Shown: positions 23,701 through 34,938 of the stretch, one piece after another
How the letters are laid out: the number at the start of each line of letters is the position of its first letter
Numbering within the stretch: the stretch's first letter is position 1
Assembly (NCBI GenBank): GCA_002269645.1
Contig: NIVC01000035.1
Location: 1 to 64,000, forward strand
Reading direction: 5' to 3'
Length of the DNA stretch: 64,000 nt
Source: Macrostomum lignano
Lineage: Eukaryota
Program-made: the position numbers and the translations under genes
Notes under the pieces: generated by a model
Told to the model about the DNA's origin: nothing
The model's input: the letters and a program-made list of their open reading frames with translations, nothing else
The model's database searches: none

Positions 23701-26700
23701 CAGATTTCCTGCTAGCAAATTTCATCGACCCGCCAGGTAATGTTCTGATCATTAGTATATAGAATGGTTTCTGGTCATTAACCATGGTGACTCTGTAATG
23801 TTAGTAGTCAGCCTGTTCAATATTTTAGTCATTTTTAAGGTCATTGAGGTATTCCTGTTTTGTGTCCTTGAACTGCTTGCGTATTACCGGGTATTTTGTT
23901 TGCTCATCAAAGAAAAAACCTTACCCCATCTCGCAGACCCGCTGCCTGAGCTGTCAGGCAAAGTGCAGCCAAGCCCAAGGTCACGCTGGAGGTCACGCGA
24001 TTCGTTCGGCCGGTCCAGGCGCCGCCGCCACAGCCGAATGCCGGCAATATGCCCAGCTAGATAACCGTCAGTACATCTGTTTGAGCTGCGAACGGACCCG
24101 GGGCAAACGCAGCGTAGCCGCCTACATCCTCGAGTCCGGTTTGACCAGCTACGCTTTGCATGGCTACGCTTTGACCTGTTCTCTATGCGGCGTATTGCAG
24201 CGCAGTCGGCAGTATTGGTACGGCAATCAGGATCCGGTTGAGGCTGGCCTGGTGCGAGCCGAGTTCGTTCACGTCTGGCCTAACGGAGAAGCGGTTAGTG
24301 TGTTGTTTGTATTAGCTTTTGGGCTGATTAGTACCGCTCTTAAAGTACATTTGGGGATTATTTTAAAGTACATTTAGTGAGCGTTTAAAAGTATATAAAG
24401 TATATAGGCTAGTATTTAAAGTACATTCGGCAATTATTTCAAAGTACATTAGGCAAGTATTTTAAAGTACATTTAGCAAGAATAGCAAAGTATATTAGCC
24501 AGTATTTCAAAGTTACATTTAACAAGTAATTAAAAGTACATTCAGTGTACATTTAAGTACTTACTAATAGTACACTTGGCTTATATAATTTTACGCACTC
24601 CTTAAAGTACATTGAAGCACACCCTTTAAATTACATTTAATTTTATCTCTTTTTACTCCATTATGCAATCCAACTTCTGAATTATTCCTTAACCACCTTC
24701 AAAAGTACACTATATCAATACGCATTTCTAAATTAGTTTAGCTTCATGTTTAAGGTGAGATTTGCATCAGTAACAACTGGAAAAAAGACAAACATTTATT
24801 TATTAAAATAGTATTTGACAGAGCTTATATTTCATTTGTTTTGTGATTACTATCCCACTTACAGACTGAGGCATCGGTAACCCTTCACTTTTTAGTTCGT
24901 CTTGCTTTGCATTTGAGTTGCTTTTAGCGCACAAATTTTGGTTTGAAATTTTTTACGCGGAGCGTTTGATTTAAATTTAGAAACTTTTTCTGCGCTTAAA
25001 ATAACAAATAACAACAGATTAGGCGATTTTATTCCGCAACTAATTGGTTAGTTTAAATGAAACAGATTGATGCATTATTGACATTTTCAATATCATTATA
25101 ATTGCTGCATTTTTTCTGTTTTGTTGAAGTTATGTTCGCTTTTTAATTCTACACTTTTGTGCTCTGCTCATGCAGCCTCTTTTTACCATCCTTTTTAATG
25201 CCCTCTCCTCAGAGCTAGCCACTCCAATCTACAGATCTAGCCACTCCAATCTACAGATCTAGCCACTCCAATCTACAGATCTAGCCACTCCAATCTACAA
25301 ATCTAGCCACTCCAATCCACAGATCTATTTACTCCAATCTACAGATCTAGCCACTCCAATCTACAGATCTAGCCACTCCAATCTACAGATCTAGCCACTG
25401 CAATCTACAGATCTAGCCACTGCAATCTACAGATCTAGCCACTTCAATCCACATATCTATCTACTCCAATCTACAGATCTAGCCACTGCAATCTACAGAT
25501 CTAGCCACTCCAATCCACAGATCTATCCACTCCAATCTACAGATCTAGTCACTGCAATCTACAGATCTAGCCACTTCAATCCACATATCTATCTACTCCA
25601 ATCTACAGATCTAGCCACTCCAATCCACAGATCTATTTACTCCAATCAACAGATCCATCCGCTCCAATGTAGCCACTTAAGTACCCAGATATAGCCTGAT
25701 GATTGCTTCACTGTTTCAAACCATCATAAAACTGTCCGTCACCAGGCCACGCCGGATCTGCAGAGCTCGCTAAACGCTGGTCAGCGCTTACTAGAAGGCG
25801 TCTCTTACGCATTCGGCACAGTTAGCGCCGTAGCTGGCGCCGCTCTCCCCACCCGAGCGGTGGCCGACTACATTTCCGACAGCATCGCTCCGGCTAAATG
25901 GGTGCCCAATTCTACCATTAAGGAGTGCAAAAGATGCCAAACTGATTTGGCTGGCATTGGGGCTCCTAGTAAGCACCACTGCAGAGCTTGCGGCCAGGTG
26001 AGTGCGTTGCTTTGAAACTGTCATATTAGTAATATAAATAATCATATAATTGATGATACCTGTCCCAATAGGGCCAGGTGTGCAACCGACAGCTCAGCCG
26101 CAGCTATTGCGCGGCGCATCTGAAGGCTGCGTACGGCTGTTCAATCCAAGGACGGGGGGGGGTCGCCACACACACCCTCAATTACCCCAGCTAATGCTGG
26201 CACCCATTTTACAGCTAGGTGAACTGAAGCAATGCGGAGTTAAGTGTCTTGCTCAAGGGTACAAATTATTCCGAGTGATTAGGCTACGACTCATGTGTGA
26301 ATTTCATTCAAACTTACTGGTACCTGCAATATCAAGTCACTCCGACCCAATTCAAATCTACACAACACACTCGCTCCAACACATTTAATTTTGTTTGTTT
26401 GCTACATAAGTTACAACTTTTAAACTGGGGGCTGTGTGCACCCTGGCGCACTTTAAGCGACATTGTCAGGCATTACTGCCAATTCCGCCGACTCCCCTGA
26501 GCAGGCACACACTCACAGGAGTGCACAGCGGCCCTGACGTTAGGCATGTACACCTCACTGTGCCTTAGAAATTGGCCTTCAAGGCCGTTAATTGCGCGAG
26601 CAGAGCCAAACCGAGGTTCCAATTTAGAACCAAAGTTAATGTGACTGCACTTGGAATGGAGCCTGGGCCATCAGGCTAAGCCTCAAAGACTACTAGCATA

Positions 26701-27177
26701 CCGTCCAGAAATCAGGTATACCGGTGTTTTCTGCATCCGCAGGGATTCTGTGACCCGTGCAGCAGCCGCCGAGTCCCGGTGATTGGCTACGGGCCGGATC
26801 CAGTTCGAGTTTGCATCGACTGTGCTGATAGATCGCCTGACCAGGGCCCGCTGGTGGCTCCGGACGACGGCACCCGCCTCAGACAGTACAGCGAGCTCGT
26901 GTCCACCGCCTGCACAGCCGTCATCACCGGGGCTGCTGGGGCTATAAAAAGCTACGCCAGGCCGAGCTATTGGCAGCCGGATCACCTGGCTGTACGCTGC
27001 GCTGTCTGCCGGACTGAATTCAATCCGCCAACTGGCTTGCCGGTGCCTCTGCATCATTGCCGGCTCTGCGGTCTTGGCGTTTGCGACGCCTGCTCGCGCG
27101 GCCGCGCCCCAGTGCCATCCAGAGGCTGGGAGAGCAGCGTCCGAGTGTGCGATAAATGCGTCCAATCGGCTGCCTGA
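17727..27177 (+). CDS. ZFYVE1: Zinc finger FYVE domain-containing protein 1 (DFCP1), 7 coding exons, ~891 aa
   Basis: Exons 17727-18307, 19905-20282, 20594-20920, 21916-22261, 23937-24293, 25746-25997 (alternative acceptor 25764) and 26743-27177. All are GT-AG and phase-consistent, 2676 nt in total. B-box-like Cys/His N-terminus, P-loop VVSIVGKTGDGKSHTLN, LLLDTEG, LLLKVLAISDIVIYR, EYFTC, RSRQYWYGNQDP, and two FYVE domains (KHHCRACGQGFC, LHHCRLCGLGVC). Confidence 0.93.
18371..19815 (+). repeat. C-rich composite minisatellite (core CCCCTCAGATCCCCAGAATCA) in ZFYVE1 intron 1
   Basis: Visible ~20-23 bp related units with larger block duplications; the source of the spurious Pro-rich ORFs. Confidence 0.9.
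20339..20555 (+). repeat. 28-bp minisatellite (GATSCTCAGTTGYTGGGCCAGCCTCCCA) in ZFYVE1 intron 2
   Basis: About 7 tandem copies; same family as 46420-47060. Confidence 0.9.
21025..21720 (+). repeat. 17-18 bp minisatellite (AACCTAGAGATAATCCC[T]) in ZFYVE1 intron 3
   Basis: Tandem copies with degenerating edges. Confidence 0.9.
22433..23245 (+). repeat. Composite minisatellite (CTGGTCATTAAGTAGCCAGG + TTATGTT/CTACCAT) in ZFYVE1 intron 4
   Basis: Alternating related subunits in tandem. Confidence 0.9.
23246..23731. mobile_element. Mutator-like non-autonomous element (486 bp) at the end of the intron-4 array
   Basis: GGG...CCC termini with an imperfect TIR (GGGAGTACGAGATTTGCTAGC vs rc GGGTCGATGAAATTTGCTAGC) and inverted subterminal GCTAGCCGAAATCT repeats. 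9-bp TSD GCCAGGTTA/GCCAGGTAA (8/9). Confidence 0.65.
25213..25680 (+). repeat. 22-bp minisatellite (CTAGCCACTCCAATCTACAGAT) in ZFYVE1 intron 5
   Basis: About 20 tandem copies. A degenerate AAAGTACATT repeat also lies at ~24340-24640 in the same intron. Confidence 0.9.
26070..26330 (-). mobile_element. CORE-SINE (MIR-core-like) remnant in ZFYVE1 intron 6
   Basis: 26203-26264 CCCATTTTACAGCTAGGTGAACTGAAGCAATGCGGAGTTAAGTGTCTTGCTCAAGGGTACA resembles the reverse complement of the CORE domain (CCCATTTTACAGATGAGGAAACTGAGGC...TTAAGTGACTTGCCCAAGGTCACA). Boundaries approximate. Confidence 0.5.
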
Positions 27178-27409
27178 TTTTGTTTGTTTTGAAAAAAAAT
27201 TGAACGATAAAGGAGTTTTTTTTAACTAAAGATAAAGATTATCTTTCGACTGTATTGGAAATATTGATAAAAATGTATACTCTTGATACTACTTACTTTA
27301 GTTAGTAGTTTACTAGTTTTACTAAATGACGACTAATTCTTACTTAATTATTTTTTTTATGATGCACAGATTTTTTTAGAATAACTAGATGTGTCAATCA
27401 CATACAAGA

Positions 27410-28130
27410 TTGAAAATAGTAGAGCGTCTACTCATTTTCAGTAGTTTGTCTGCACTATGTAACTTGAATTTAATGAGGTAGCTAAAATTTCCTTTCCTTT
27501 CTCCTGGGTTTGCGGTTTCAAGAGCATACAAACTTAAGAAATGACAAGCATTTAATTCGATGTACACAAGTGAACGCTAGACGGACGAAATTCGGCCTAG
27601 GGGGTGGGGGCAGGCCCAATCTAGCTCAGCCAATAAGCGAGCAGTGAGGAGAGAGGTCAAAGTCAGACGGACGAAGCCTGGGGAAAGGCCCAATCTAGCT
27701 CAGCCAATGAGCGAGCAGTGAGGAGAGAGGTCAAAGTCAGACGGACGAAGCCTGGGGAAAGGCCCAATCTAGCTCAGCCAATGAGCGAGCAGTGAGGAGA
27801 GAGGTCAAAGTCAGACGGACGAAGCCTGGGGAAAGGCCCAATCTAGCTCAGCCAATGAGCGAGCACTAAGGAGAGATGTTAAAGTTGAGCACAAGCGGGC
27901 AAGAAGACAGCCAAACTGTTTATCGGTATGGCGGGGGGGGCTGGTGCGCCACCCCTTTTCTCTCTTTCTTGCTGCTGGACTAGGGTTTTTCAAGTTTTGC
28001 TGCAATCTTCAGTCTTAGAGTCGGTAAACCATAATTTAGCTCGTAACTATCATAGATTAGCGCATGTTTGCGATTTACATATCTCGTTAGTCTATTATCT
28101 GTGCTATGATGCAACAATCCCAAGCAATTG
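27410..28130 (+). mobile_element. Dispersed non-coding element with an internal 74-bp tandem array (copy 1)
   Basis: About 4 units of 74 bp (27580-27880), each with two CCAAT. The flanks (TAGAGCGTCTACT..., AAGCATTTAATTCGATGTACACAA, GCGCATGTTTGCGA) match 51335-52140. Confidence 0.65.
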
Positions 28131-29371
28131 TATAAAAAATGAGTTTACTATTACAAAATGCGTCTTTCGCCGTGGCTTGAAAATGTAAATTCAAAAGGCC
28201 CGTATTCAAGCAACCTGAGTACATAAAAAATTGTTGAATCACGTCCTGATATAGTCAGTAGCTTAAAGCTCTTTGATTTCTCTGGAATTTTTGGTTTGTT
28301 CAAATCTATCACGCTTTAAATCCTCACTGCACTACTAAACCGATTCCAGTGGTATTGTCTCCGTTTTTCATCTATTACTCGTATTATCCTGTATTATTAT
28401 TATCCAGATCAAAGCGCGCGCTTTCAATGAGAAAAGAATATTTTTAGGAAGTTTTCTATCTGTTATCTGTGTGTAGGCTGGTGTGCAGGTGATGTACAAA
28501 ATATTTGTTTTTTGTATTGCAGTGATTTACTGGCCCACTCAAAAATATTCTCTGTTTTCAAATGGCCTTTTTCATCTTTATAAGTTATCCATTTGTATCG
28601 AAAGGATCAAGTTTGTAAGAATTTTTGTTGCCCTTTATTCAGCAAAACATCATTCTCATCTGTTTTTTAATGCGATTCTATCGCTAATTAACTTTGAAAA
28701 TGTGTGTGCTTAAACTATAATATTGTGTATCAGGTCATCCGGAAAGTTCTTGGCTCAAGTTGCTCATACTTTTGGCTGTGTTTCTCTTAATATTTAGAAA
28801 TTTATTTAGACATTTAGCTGGGCTGGGAGGTGCTTGGTTTTATCCCAAAGCAACTTCTTGCCAACTAAAAAAGTTCTCCAACAAAGTGGAGTTAAAATAA
28901 AGTTGATCGTTGTGATTTCTTTAGCAGGAACTTTCCGGTTTGCCCTGATAGCAATGTTTACTATATTGTGTTTACTATATCATACCGTGTTTGTATAGTT
29001 TCTGATCAAACTGTATTTTTCATCTGTGACTGTAAAGTTTGCGTGTAGTTTTCTAGCTACTTTATTATTTTAAAAATATCACTGCTTAACTCTCATTGAG
29101 ATTTATCTGTTAACCTCAGGATTTTACTACGTATAGATAATTGATTCTGCAAGTTTTTGTGACGAATAACTGAAGCCGTACTCATGACAACAGGCACTAA
29201 TTAGCAATATAGTATCAGATGCACTACTGCTCGTGATGCGAGTAGTTATATATGTTCCTCTTGAGCTGCGCAGATTATAGTATATTGGATTGTATGAAAA
29301 ACACTGAGGAATGAATGTACAGATAGCTCAACCTTATGGGACATTATGGTAGTTATTACGGGACAGCGATA

Positions 29372-30679
29372 CGAGGGTCACTCCGAAAGTTTTTGCGTTC
29401 GACCGCTTTCAGCTTTCGCCAGAGCTCAACCCCCTCACATCTGTTCAAAGTAGTTGCCCTGCGCGCACACACACTTTCGCATTCGCTCAAACCACTGCTC
29501 AAAGGCCGCAGCCCAGTCCTGTTTTGTCAGTGCATCCACACCGTCCCTGTACGCACGAATCGCGTCCTCAACCGTGGGAAATCTCTGTCCACGAAGCCCG
29601 GCCTTCACCTTCGGAAACAGAAAAAAATCACACGGAGCCAGGTCGGGCGAGTAGGGCGGGTGTCCGACCACGGAAACATGATTTTCGGCCAAGAACGTGA
29701 TGGTTCGCTGCGCCGTGTGCGAACTCGCGTTGTCGTGGTGCAGGCGAAGGCCGCGGATTCCGCGTTTGGGACGCCGCTCCTGCCACGCCTGCAGCACCTG
29801 CGGCAGGCAGACTGTGACGTACCACTCCGCCGTCACTGTTCGCTGCCCGTCCAGCACCACAGTCGCCACGTGGCCTGATCTGCCGAAGAAGCTGGCGACC
29901 ATGGCTTTGCCGACGCTCCTGGAGCGGCGAACCTTCGTTGGTGACTCCTCGCCAAAGAAGCACCACACCGACGACTGGCGCTTCGTCTCGGGGTCGTGCT
30001 GGAACACCCAGGTTTCGTCGCCCGTCACGACGTCGAAAACACCACGTGCGGCGCTGTCCTGGAAGTCAGCGAGCATCTGGCGGCACCACCGCACGCGTTC
30101 ATCCTTCTGCTGCTGCGTCAGCAAATGCGGCACCCAACGAGCGCACAGTCGCCGTACGCCAAGGTGTTCGTGCAAAATCTTCTGCACTTGCCCGGATCCA
30201 ATGCCCAGCTGCTGCTCCAATTGCACGTGGGTCACACGCCGATCCTCTTCGATCAGGCTGCGTGCCAGCTCGACGTTTTCTCCAGTCGTTGCTGTCGCAG
30301 GACGTCCTTCTCGGTCGTCGTCGTCCAGGCTGCACCGTCCAGCCCGAAGGTCGCGGTACCAGTTCTGGATGGTGCGGATCGAAGGCGCAGAATCTCCCAG
30401 AGCTGCCTGCATCTCCTCGTGGCATTGCTGCGTCGTGAGGCCGCGCTTGAAGTTGTAGAAAATTATGGCGCGGATGTCGCGCCTCGACAGTTCGGCGGCC
30501 ATGGCTGGCAGGCGGCTGAAAACTGAATTTCAATTGCAGATTGCGTTGCTTCTCTTAAAGCTGGGCACTTGAATTTTTATATGCAAGTTGAAAACTTCTG
30601 GAATTAAGGTTTGGTGCAATTTTACGGCGCTGGCTTGCGGGGAAGTGGTCGAACGCAAAAACTTTCGGAGTGACCCTCG
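29372..30679 (-). mobile_element. Full-length mariner element (1308 bp)
   Basis: ~33-bp TIR CGAGGGTCACTCCGAAAGTTTTTGCGTTCGACC at both ends (one T-run length difference), TA duplications at 29370-71 and 30680-81, intact transposase inside. Confidence 0.96.
29435..30502 (-). CDS. Mariner transposase, DD34D, 355 aa, uninterrupted
   Basis: WVPHLL, VVTGDETW, HHDNASSH and PPYSPDLAPCDF; 34 residues between the second and third Asp. Confidence 0.96.
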   Translation of the reverse strand: MAAELSRRDIRAIIFYNFKRGLTTQQCHEEMQAALGDSAPSIRTIQNWYRDLRAGRCSLDDDDREGRPATATTGENVELARSLIEEDRRVTHVQLEQQLGIGSGQVQKILHEHLGVRRLCARWVPHLLTQQQKDERVRWCRQMLADFQDSAARGVFDVVTGDETWVFQHDPETKRQSSVWCFFGEESPTKVRRSRSVGKAMVASFFGRSGHVATVVLDGQRTVTAEWYVTVCLPQVLQAWQERRPKRGIRGLRLHHDNASSHTAQRTITFLAENHVSVVGHPPYSPDLAPCDFFLFPKVKAGLRGQRFPTVEDAIRAYRDGVDALTKQDWAAAFEQWFERMRKCVCAQGNYFEQM

Positions 30680-33600
30680 TACTTGCAAATAGGAACAGCA
30701 GATCAACTATTTCGTGGGGTTCCACAGGAAGGATTTGCAACTCAAAACTCTTGTCGAGGCAAAGCAACTTTTGCCTTCTGTATACAACCTGGATCCCGCG
30801 GTACCAGTTAAGACAGGACTATGAAATAAGGGAGGAAGGAGTGTGGTGTCCAGGGCCTAGATGTTGCCTTACGCTCGTATAGACCTTAACTATAGACCTC
30901 GTATAGAACGTTACGTTCATTCTTCCCGCTCTTCAATTCCCCAGCTGAAAACAGGGTGAGGCTAGCTTACACGCTGTTAAAGCAACTATTACGTTTGCAA
31001 GGCTTTGTGCACTTTTGAGTCATGTATCTAAATGAAAAAGCTGTGACTTGTCGTAGATAAAATAGTGATATGCTGTACAAGTGCTACTTACTAAAATACT
31101 ATAATCTTTTCGGTCCCCATGAAGAATTGTGCAACCTATTTACTGTAAGTGCTGTAAAAGTAGCACATGTTTTGATTTTAACAAATTGAAAATCTATATA
31201 TATGCGTTACTAAATGTGTTTGTTATAACCGCGACAACTATCTGTAATTTATGTTACCATTTGTACACTTGAATCAGCTGAAATATATTTTAAAGTGTGC
31301 AATATAAAAAATGAAAGCGCATGTTATTAGTAAACTCAAAATTGTATCGCCTACTAGTTTAGGTAACTTAAAAAATTGCTCGCGAAAGTTTGCGTTTAAG
31401 TTTTTTACCCTGCACAGGCATATCGATAAGCAGCTTATGCTGGAGTGGGAGCTGAGGAATTTTAGACGCTGGAATGTGTTGATAATTCGTACAGTGGGTG
31501 CCTTGCTCTCTGCGAGTACTACTCGATTGCAGGTGTGATAAATAGGCAATTAGATAATAGCATGCACGGTGAGCAATTATTTAGGCCCTAGACAAACCTA
31601 CTTGGAGCGTTCGGAGATTTTAAAGCTATTAATCCTAATCGCCTATCGCCGGTCGGCGAGTTCTACCAGTCTTCTCCAATAGCCGCAGGTACAGTACAAG
31701 AAAATAAAGAACACGAGGGAACACAAACCGGAAGATTTAGAGAGTGATAATCCTATGTGATACAACTGATAATTGGCTAGACGATTTAATTTGATTATTT
31801 CGAGTTACAAGATTCAAGCAATTCGCGACGCAGATAATTAGACTGATGATAACGAATAATAACGATTAATAATAATGATTATATTACGCACTGACAAGCG
31901 GATCTCAGCTTGAAGAAGAAGAAGGAGGCACCGAACACAGGACCACGGAGAAAGACTCCTAACCCCTGGCCTAAGCCAGAACCTACTCTCAAACGAGAGC
32001 CCTGCCGAATCGACCGTTCAACGGAGTACCGACTAAATTCTATCGGCACTGCCCTTCAGTGTAACACTGAGGCCCTCGGGGTCGAGGCCGCGTACTTGAT
32101 CAGATCCGACAGTCTCTATCTAACCGTGCTTGATAGCGACGACGTCAGACAAGGATGCCGAATCGTTCCGCTATAAGACTAAAGCGGTTGGGCGGGGAAC
32201 AAAACACGGACCGGGGTGATGAATTCAGGCGCCTCAAAGCGCGAACCAACAAGAGGGGAGAAATCGGGCCACCGGCCGGGAAGCTGGACAAGACAAAACC
32301 GGGGAAAGAGAGGAGAGAAGTGAGATCCGATTGCCAGATACACTTTCATATATAGTCAGAGTCACAACCCCTCAAAACCCCCTCAAGCCGGGTGGTGGTC
32401 GTCTGGCCGGCCGCTTGCTTAAGCCGATTTGCACTGTGCCCGCGGCGCCGGGTAGAATTGAAACTTGCCGCGTGCCAGGGTCCAGGCCGGTTCTGATTGG
32501 CTGACCGCGCAAAGCTGGGGCTCGCAGAAAAACTCAACCCTCCGCTGAGTCACAAAATTGCGTCTAACTCTAACCTGTTTACGCAAAATTGATTCCAACT
32601 AACAAGGAAAAAGTACACAAAAAACGCATGACTAAACTAAAGCAAAATAACAATTCAATAACAATATAGAAACTAATGCAGTCAATTTACAACAAAATAC
32701 ACGCAAAGATGCTCACACTACACAGGTACCATGGATGAAAAATAAAAAGGAAAAGAGACATGCAGCTTGTTACGTGTATACATGTATGTCTAAACCTTGA
32801 ATATCAGTTGGGATTTACGTGGATTTGAATGGAACTCTATTCAAATATTATACAATAGCTGCTGCTTGTAACAGTTACAAGCAATTTCTTATCTCAAATT
32901 TTTGCCAGAAAATGGCACCGAATTTAACAAAACTATACGAGCGTAGCATAGTACTCTGCATGTACACCATTTTATATGCTACAGCTAGAGTACACATACA
33001 CATGAGACTATAAACGGTATTAAAGAAATAGACAAAAGAAATATAGCAATAAATTTGGCATTTAAGAATATGAAGTAAGAAAATAAGTAAAACTACAACT
33101 TTGTCAGACAATTAATTGAGGGTGAGATGTACATGTTAAGAGTAATCTTACGATAATTGAGATTGGGGTGAGATTGCATGAGTAAAGCCAATTAGACAGC
33201 TATGCGCATGCCAAATGTTGAGAAAAAATTAAGGATTTTAGGGGCATGTATTAGTAAAGTCGGAAAGTTAATTTACATTACGATCCGATGTAATATGATC
33301 GGAAAACATGTATAATGTCATATTTTCCGATCCGGAGTTTGCCGTCAGTAGTAAGGTAGTAGCCCATCAAACTCTTAATGGATTTACATTTGTCATGCAG
33401 ATTGTCGATTTGTCCCAGACAGAATCTCACGGATAGATTATCCTTAAATTGTGCAAATATCCTCTTGTTTATGTTTTTCACTGTGTGAGATAAAATAAAG
33501 ACTGCACGAGTGAAGATTCCAATTTTTAAACATTATAGTGGAATTTTAGTTACATGTAGTTTGGAGTTGTGACAGAAATTAATTGCCTCTCTCCTGCAAT

Positions 33601-34012
33601 GGTTTTTCTCGAAAGAATTGAAAACAAAATTTCATTGACAAACCGTAGAGTAAAAGTTTAAGTTGTCTCAATAATACTAATTGGTGTTGGCGATAACTAG
33701 CATGACAAAATAGAGATCGCGTATGATCGGCGGCCACGCGTGTACGGCAGACTGCCGTTTAAATAAATTTGATTATATTTTAACGTACGTACAGCGGTGT
33801 CTGCTACAAAGTTTCATGAACGTCTCAAAAAAACCAGGTAGAGCTAAATAGGCAGTCAACTTTTTTGATGGTATTTGATTCAGTAGTTTGTTTTATACAT
33901 GATTTTTGCGCAACTTTTTAAACTGTCTTGCTCTTTCATATTATCGAACCAGAATCGTTTCGAAGCTTTTCATATTGTCTGTTCCGTTTTCAGAATCGGT
34001 TCCAGAACCCTG

Positions 34013-34938
34013 GGGCCCGTGCTATAGAATACTCTTTAACTCCTAAATCCTTAAGAGTGTCCTAACTCCTAGCTCCTAGCTGGCTTTTCTGTGCTATAGA
34101 ATCAAGAGTAAATTTTAAGAGCTAGGAGGCTCCTTAAGGACGTTAGGTCTTTAGGAGACTCCTGGGTGAATTTAGGAGAACTCATTAAGGTCCGTGGCAT
34201 GCTATAGAATTAGGAGAGGAAGTCTAGGAGCTAGGAGCTAGGATTTGGCTTTTAGGAATGATTCTAGGAGCGTGTGTCCTATAGAATGAGAAAATTTCGC
34301 TCCTAACTCTTGACTACTAGTACTAAGCAAGAGTTCAAGGGCCAATTTTCACTCTTAGACAAGCTAGGATTATAATGTTTTCAGACAGCGAATCGGATTC
34401 TGATAAGGAAGGAGTCAATGATAGACGCCGTCGACAATTTTTCCTTTGCTCTTCATATTTCCCCATAGGGGGGCCTACTTTGTCATCATGGACATATTGC
34501 TAGTCCTTTCCTTGCGGAGTTGGGTCAAAGCCAAACTTTTCATGGCATTCCAATATCACGTCTTGCCACATAGCAATCTTCGCATTCTTGTTATGGTTGT
34601 ACTAAATGCACTAAAGAGAACCTCTTTGCGTGCAGTGATGGCTCTCACAAATGATATTTTTGAGCAATTTGCATTTTCACTCCTAAGATTCAATCCTTAA
34701 GGACTGTAAAGTTAGGATTGTGATGTGATATAGCACACAACTCTCTATCATCCTTAAACAATTGCGCAACACTTCTTGAACACACCCTGACTCCTAGGCT
34801 GCACTCCTTGCAAGAACTCCTAGCTCCTAACTCTTAACTTCTGAAATCTATAGTACACAAAATTCAACCACTCCTTGTCAAGAGTACTCTTGAGTCCTAG
34901 CTCCTAACTCCTAACTCCTGATTCTATAGCATGGGCCC
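34013..34938 (+). mobile_element. PIF/Harbinger-like non-autonomous element
   Basis: TIR GGGCCC(G/A)TGCTATAGAAT at both ends, 3-bp TSD CTG (34010-12, 34939-41), many subterminal CTCCTAG/CTAGGAG motifs, no intact ORF. Confidence 0.75.

Noticed and set aside
27580-27880. CRISPR-like appearance of regularly spaced repeats (also 51515-51910, 42365-43310)
   Set aside because: Units are contiguous tandem copies without unique spacers; eukaryotic context and no cas genes.
28731-28947. Imperfect inverted repeat CAGGTCATCCGGAAAGTTC / GAACTTTCCGGTTTGCCCTG
   Set aside because: Possible MITE, but no TSD could be identified.
29336-30533. Several overlapping ORFs of 112-253 aa on both strands
   Set aside because: Shadow frames of the GC-rich mariner transposase.
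31590-32560. GC-rich block with minus-strand CCAAT and TATA-like motifs
   Set aside because: Could be an LTR or retroelement leader, but there is no second copy, TSD or coding evidence in the window.
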